NCBI GenBank assembly: GCA_965216795.1
Contig: OZ244196.1
Location: 2,650,368-2,714,367 of the forward strand
Direction: 5' to 3'
Origin: Pseudomonadales bacterium
Lineage (GTDB): Bacteria; Pseudomonadota; Gammaproteobacteria; Pseudomonadales; UBA7434
DNA: 64,000 bases
Shown in pieces: positions 59,662-64,000 of the stretch. The notes below the pieces were generated by a model, which saw only the letters and a list, made by a program, of their open reading frames with translations, had not been told where the DNA came from and ran no database searches. How positions within the stretch are numbered: the stretch's first letter is position 1; each line of letters begins with the position of its first letter. Made by a program: the position numbers and the translations under genes.

Positions 59662-59795
59662 TCAATAGACCTTCGCAACAGGTTGATTTTTCTGGCGCTG
59701 GCGCCCAGCGCGATATACAGCCTAGCGCAACCGGGGCGGTGCTGCCCGGGGCGCAAGGCGCGGCATTCTATACAGGCTGGCGGAAAATTGCAAAA

Positions 59796-61694
59796 TCAGC
59801 GTGGGGCGGCCTGCTGGCTGGCCTGGTACCAGATCGGCGAACTCCAGGCCCGCTCCTGGATCGTCCGCTGGAGCTGGCTGGATTGGCACCAGTTGGGCAG
59901 TTTTGCCCGCTCTTCGGCCGATTTGCCGGCGCTGGTGCAGGCCCAGTCGGTGCTGCGACAGCTGGGGTTCTCCACCACCCGGGCGTAGTAGACCGCGTCC
60001 TGGGCGGGGTCGAAATCGGGGTCGCGCCACAGCGTGCACAGGCGGGCGTGGCCGGGGCCGCGGGGCTTGCAGCTGTCCAGGTCGACACTGGCCTTATTGG
60101 GCCCGCCGGCGATATCGATCACCTGCTGGTGCAGCTGGCCATCGCTGTCGGTCCAGCCCTTGATGATCTGGGCCCGCTGCAGCGCCGTGCCCGGATGTCG
60201 GGGCGTGCCTGGGTCCTGGCTGGCGACCAGCAGGAACTGCGGCGCCTGGTCTGCGAGCGTTCCGGCATCGAGCTTGCCGCCCATCGGCACGCCATCGCGG
60301 TAGGCCCCGGCCAGCCAGTCACTGCGGGCGCAGCTGTCGCTCTCGAACGAGGGGCCGGCGAACAGGCGCAGGGCAATGCGCGGCCCGCTGGTGCCATAGG
60401 CCTCGCGACGGCGCATTGCATCAAACAGTGAGGCGCGCGAATTCTCCTCGGCCCAGACCGCCACCAGGCCGCCGTTGTTGCGACCCTGGCGCGGGTTAGG
60501 TTGGTTGCCCGGCAGGTCGCGGCGCCACTCCTCGACGCTGCCCGGCGTCGCATCGTGGGTATCGGTCGAGGCGATAAAGCCCAGCTGGAAGGGGTTGATG
60601 CCCAGTCGCTGCTGTTCTTTGAGGCCCTCAAGCAGGGCATAGCGCGCAAAGTCCTGGGTCGCCACGCAGCCTTCATCCAGCAGCGAACCCACGCCCGTAT
60701 TGCGTTGGCACTGCTCGGTATCCGGCAGGCGCAGCTTTTCAAAGTTGCACAACTCGTCGTTGCCGCCGAGCACATTCCACATGCCGTTGCGACACTCAGA
60801 GTCGCCTTTCATCTGCATCATTTCAACCAGGGGCTCGATACGGGCACGCAGCGCCGCCAGTTCGCGCTGGGCGTCGATATCCAGTGCCGGGTCAGGCACA
60901 GTCGTAAACAGGTTGCCGTTCGACAGGTTGGGGTTGTGGGGAATCGCCAGCACGTCGCAGCCGTTGTCGGCATCCATGCATTCATCGCGCAATCGCTGCC
61001 AAAGCACGGTCTCATCCGGTTCGTCGTTATAGCTGATCGGCCGCTCGATCACGGTCTCGTTCTTGAAAATGACGTTGCGGTGGATCTTGGTCAGCTCGGG
61101 GTTGGCGGTGTACTCGTAGGCGACAAAGGTTGAAAACGCACAGCTGTCGGTCTCGTCCTGGTGGCGGGCCGCCGCAGCCTGGATCTGCTGCCAAATCTGC
61201 AGCTCGACATCGCGGCACAGCGCGCCGTCTTTGCCGCATACCTCGGCGTTCGACAGTCGGCCGCCGGTCTGCTCCACCATCCGCCGGACGATTTCCTTGA
61301 CGTTCTTGGCACCGCGCAGATCGACCGGGCTGCGAAAGCGCTCGCAGGTTTCGCTGCTGTAGGCGGGGCTGTCCGGGTCGGCGCACAGCCGGGTGGCGCC
61401 CGCATCCGAGGCGTGGTCGGTGGTGGCGGCAAAGTCCAGCGCGCGTTCCAGCTGCACGCTGTGCGCGCCGGGCTTCAGTGCAATGGCTTCGCCTTTGGCG
61501 AAGCGATAGGCATCGTCCGGGGTATTGCGGGTGCCAAAGGTCCAGGCGTCCATCGACAGCGCGGTATGGACATGCAGGTCGCCCCAGAACAGCTGGCGCA
61601 GCGGCTCATGATCGGCGCAGCGCGGGTCTGCTGCAAAGGCTTTGACTTGGCATACAATGGCCAGCAGGATGGGCAGGCTATGGCGCGGCAGCAT
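59796..61694 (-). CDS. Exported DUF3604 family protein (paralogue 3)
   Basis: 632 aa. Signal peptide; LFWGDLHVHT motif; C-terminus WRDPDFDP..DAVYYARVVENP...SSPIWY. Confidence 0.8.
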   Translation of the reverse strand: MLPRHSLPILLAIVCQVKAFAADPRCADHEPLRQLFWGDLHVHTALSMDAWTFGTRNTPDDAYRFAKGEAIALKPGAHSVQLERALDFAATTDHASDAGATRLCADPDSPAYSSETCERFRSPVDLRGAKNVKEIVRRMVEQTGGRLSNAEVCGKDGALCRDVELQIWQQIQAAAARHQDETDSCAFSTFVAYEYTANPELTKIHRNVIFKNETVIERPISYNDEPDETVLWQRLRDECMDADNGCDVLAIPHNPNLSNGNLFTTVPDPALDIDAQRELAALRARIEPLVEMMQMKGDSECRNGMWNVLGGNDELCNFEKLRLPDTEQCQRNTGVGSLLDEGCVATQDFARYALLEGLKEQQRLGINPFQLGFIASTDTHDATPGSVEEWRRDLPGNQPNPRQGRNNGGLVAVWAEENSRASLFDAMRRREAYGTSGPRIALRLFAGPSFESDSCARSDWLAGAYRDGVPMGGKLDAGTLADQAPQFLLVASQDPGTPRHPGTALQRAQIIKGWTDSDGQLHQQVIDIAGGPNKASVDLDSCKPRGPGHARLCTLWRDPDFDPAQDAVYYARVVENPSCRSTDWACTSAGKSAEERAKLPNWCQSSQLQRTIQERAWSSPIWYQASQQAAPR

Positions 61695-61734
61695 ATCGGC
61701 TCTCCAGCGGGTGAGCTAAAGCCAGGAGATAACC

Positions 61735-62565
61735 ATGATACTCGATAAATTCAGGCTCGATGGCAAGACGGCCATTGTCACCGGTGCGGGCAAGGGCTGT
61801 GGTTACAGCATCGCGCATGCGCTGGCGCAAGTCGGTGCCAGGGTGCTGTGCGTGGCGCGCACCGGTGCTGATGTCGAGGTCACGGCCGATGAGATCCGCG
61901 CGCAGGGCGGAGAGGCGGCGGCGCTTGCGGCGGATGTCACCAACGAAGCGGACCGCGAGCGCATTATTGCTGCGGCGCTCGATCATTTTGGCCGGCTCGA
62001 TGTGCTGGTCAACAATGCCGGCGGCACCGGCCACGGGCCAACTGCGCAGATCGACGACGCCCAGGTCTACCAGACCATGCAGGTAAATTTTATGGCGCCG
62101 GTTTACCTGATACGCTCGGCAGTGCCCGCGATGCGCAACGTGGGCGGTGGATCGATCGTCAATATATCTTCGGGTATGTCGCGCATCGCCAATATTGGTT
62201 CGGTACCCTATGGCGGGGCCAAGGCAGCGCAGGAACAGGCCACGCGCATGCTCGCGCTGGAGTACAGCCCCGAGGTGCGCATCAATGCCCTGCGGCTGGG
62301 TGCGATCCGCACCCAAAACATGGAGGACAACCTGCTCAAGGCCATGCCGGGTATCGGTGAAAAGCTCAGTGACTGGACGCCAGTGGGGCGGTTGGGTGAG
62401 CCCGATGATATCGCCGCCGCAGTCGTGTATTTGGCGACGCCGGCCTCGGGCTATGTTACCGGCAAGATACTCGACGTCGACGGCGGTATGATTATCGAGC
62501 GCTCGCTGATGGAAGTCATCGCCACGGCCGAGCGCCTGCACGGTGGTGGCACGTCCGGGGCATGA
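61735..62565 (+). CDS. SDR family oxidoreductase (FabG-like)
   Basis: 276 aa. TGAGKGCG cofactor motif, NNAG, catalytic YGGAKAA (YxxxK). Confidence 0.8.
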   Translation: MILDKFRLDGKTAIVTGAGKGCGYSIAHALAQVGARVLCVARTGADVEVTADEIRAQGGEAAALAADVTNEADRERIIAAALDHFGRLDVLVNNAGGTGHGPTAQIDDAQVYQTMQVNFMAPVYLIRSAVPAMRNVGGGSIVNISSGMSRIANIGSVPYGGAKAAQEQATRMLALEYSPEVRINALRLGAIRTQNMEDNLLKAMPGIGEKLSDWTPVGRLGEPDDIAAAVVYLATPASGYVTGKILDVDGGMIIERSLMEVIATAERLHGGGTSGA

Positions 62566-62679
62566 AACTCGTGGCGCCCGGGCCAGTCAGACACTGCAGT
62601 GGCCAGCGTCGCCGGGTCCTCGCGGCTGCCGATCAATAAACCCGTTACGATCATTAGAGACACGATGAGGAGAGACACT

Positions 62680-63171
62680 ATGAACACTCAGATGTTGCTG
62701 CAGGCGCCCCTGGCCCTGCTGTTGGCGATCACGTTATCGGCCTGTGTGCCGGCTACCCAGACGGGCACCAGTTATTCGCGCGATGAAGTGCGCACCGTGC
62801 AAAACGTCAAGCTGGGCACCGTGATCGATGCGGTAGCGGTAAAAATCGAAGGGACCAACTCCGGCGCCGGTGGTGCTGTGGGTGGTGCGATCGGCGGGCT
62901 TGCCGGTTCGACCGTCGATGATGGCACAACCGCAGACATCGCCGCTGTCGTTGCCGGTGCAGCCGGCGCAATCATTGGCGCCAAAACCGAAGACGCACTG
63001 ACCCGCGCCAACGGTACCGAGTATACGATCCAGCTTGAGGACGGTGAGTTGATTTCGGTGGTCCAGGCCAATGACAAAGATGCCGAGCCGATCGTGGCGG
63101 GTGATCGCGTCAAGCTGCTGGCCCAGGGTGGTACCTACCGCGTCAGCAAACTTGGCGCGCAGGCGCTGTAG
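62680..63171 (+). CDS. Outer-membrane lipoprotein, glycine-zipper (SlyB-like)
   Basis: Start at ATG 62680 (GAGGAG RBS). Lipobox LSAC. Gly-zipper GAGGAVGGAIGGLAGS. Confidence 0.7.
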   Translation: MNTQMLLQAPLALLLAITLSACVPATQTGTSYSRDEVRTVQNVKLGTVIDAVAVKIEGTNSGAGGAVGGAIGGLAGSTVDDGTTADIAAVVAGAAGAIIGAKTEDALTRANGTEYTIQLEDGELISVVQANDKDAEPIVAGDRVKLLAQGGTYRVSKLGAQAL

Positions 63172-63186
63172 GGCATCGCATCGACC

Positions 63187-64000
63187 ATGTTGGTGCTGGG
63201 TATAGAGACCTCCTGCGACGAAACCGGCGTTGCGCTATACGATACCGAGCGCGGTTTGCTCGGTGACCTGTTGCACAGCCAGGTCGATATGCACGCCGTC
63301 TATGGCGGCGTCGTGCCGGAGCTGGCATCGCGCGATCACGTGCGCAAGACCATGCCGCTGGTCAGGCAACTGCTCGAAGACAGTGGCGTCACCGCACAGC
63401 AGATCGATGGTGTTGCCTACACGGCAGGGCCTGGTCTGGTCGGCGCCTTGCTGGTGGGTGCTTCACTGGGCCGGGCATTGGCGATGGGCTGGGGCGTGCC
63501 GGCCGTTGCCGTGCATCACATGGAGGGCCATCTGCTGGCACCGATGCTCTCGGGCGAGGCCTGCGAATTACCCTTCGTCGCGTTACTGGTATCCGGTGGA
63601 CATACCCAGTTAATCGACGTCGCCGAAATTGGCCATTACCACTTGCTCGGTGAGTCGCTCGATGATGCCGCCGGTGAGGCCTTTGATAAAACCGCCAAGT
63701 TGCTTGGCCTCCCGTATCCCGGTGGGCCGCAGATTGCGAAGCTTGCCGAGCGCGGCGTTGCCGGTCGCTTTGAGTTTCCGCGGCCAATGGTCAACCGGCC
63801 TGGCCTGGATTTCAGTTTCAGCGGCCTGAAAACCTTTGCCCGCAACACGATTGCCGAGCAGCGTGATGCCAGTGGTGAGCTCGATGCGCAAACCGCTGCG
63901 GACATTGCGCTGGCCTTTGAGTTGGCCGTCGTCAGTACCCTTGAAATCAAATGCCGGCGAGCGCTGGAGCAAAGTGGCCGACAGCGGCTGGTGGTCGCCG
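63187..64000 (+). CDS. tsaD: tRNA N6-adenosine threonylcarbamoyltransferase TsaD (5' part; runs off the window)
   Basis: Not in the ORF track because it has no stop. Hand translation from ATG 63187: [51 protein letters not shown]...[13 protein letters not shown]. Confidence 0.9.
   Translation, partial: MLVLGIETSCDETGVALYDTERGLLGDLLHSQVDMHAVYGGVVPELASRDHVRKTMPLVRQLLEDSGVTAQQIDGVAYTAGPGLVGALLVGASLGRALAMGWGVPAVAVHHMEGHLLAPMLSGEACELPFVALLVSGGHTQLIDVAEIGHYHLLGESLDDAAGEAFDKTAKLLGLPYPGGPQIAKLAERGVAGRFEFPRPMVNRPGLDFSFSGLKTFARNTIAEQRDASGELDAQTAADIALAFELAVVSTLEIKCRRALEQSGRQRLVVA

Overview
This 64-kb window looks like a high-GC (roughly 55-60% by eye) gammaproteobacterial chromosome, probably marine; the taxonomy is a guess. 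I recognised no rRNA, CRISPR, transposase or integrase. 1-29 kb holds mostly ordinary catabolic and transport genes: BKACE, Gfo/Idh/MocA, a D-aminoacylase-like amidohydrolase, a PrpE-like CoA ligase, two Rieske oxygenase systems, MFS, AbgT, KefG/KefB, and an ECF sigma with a vWA partner. Interspersed are an FHA-membrane protein/trypsin-like protease pair, a minimal Ser/Thr kinase + PP2C pair, and an orphan MerT/MerP-like metal cluster. 29.6-53.3 kb is an accessory region rich in exported proteins with PEP-CTERM-type C-terminal anchors, including two paralogous FG-GAP/TSP3 giants, plus DUF3604 paralogues. The main finding is a tRNA(CAU) gene at 53178-53254 (-). Its 3' 47 nt recur four more times in the same orientation (about 50.5, 49.4, 46.7 and 44.2 kb). 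Each copy sits inside a conserved ~300-bp attP-like unit, and together they split 9 kb into four 1-2-gene islets with no recombinase. I interpret this as a cassette-like tandem mini-island array. 53.4-64 kb is housekeeping: cysK, rpoD, dnaG, yqeY, rpsU and tsaD. The usual rpsU/tsaD adjacency is interrupted by a third DUF3604 gene, an SDR and a SlyB-like lipoprotein. Two related long-hairpin elements occupy the rpsU-yqeY spacer. All product calls rest on motifs read in the supplied translations; no database search was possible.
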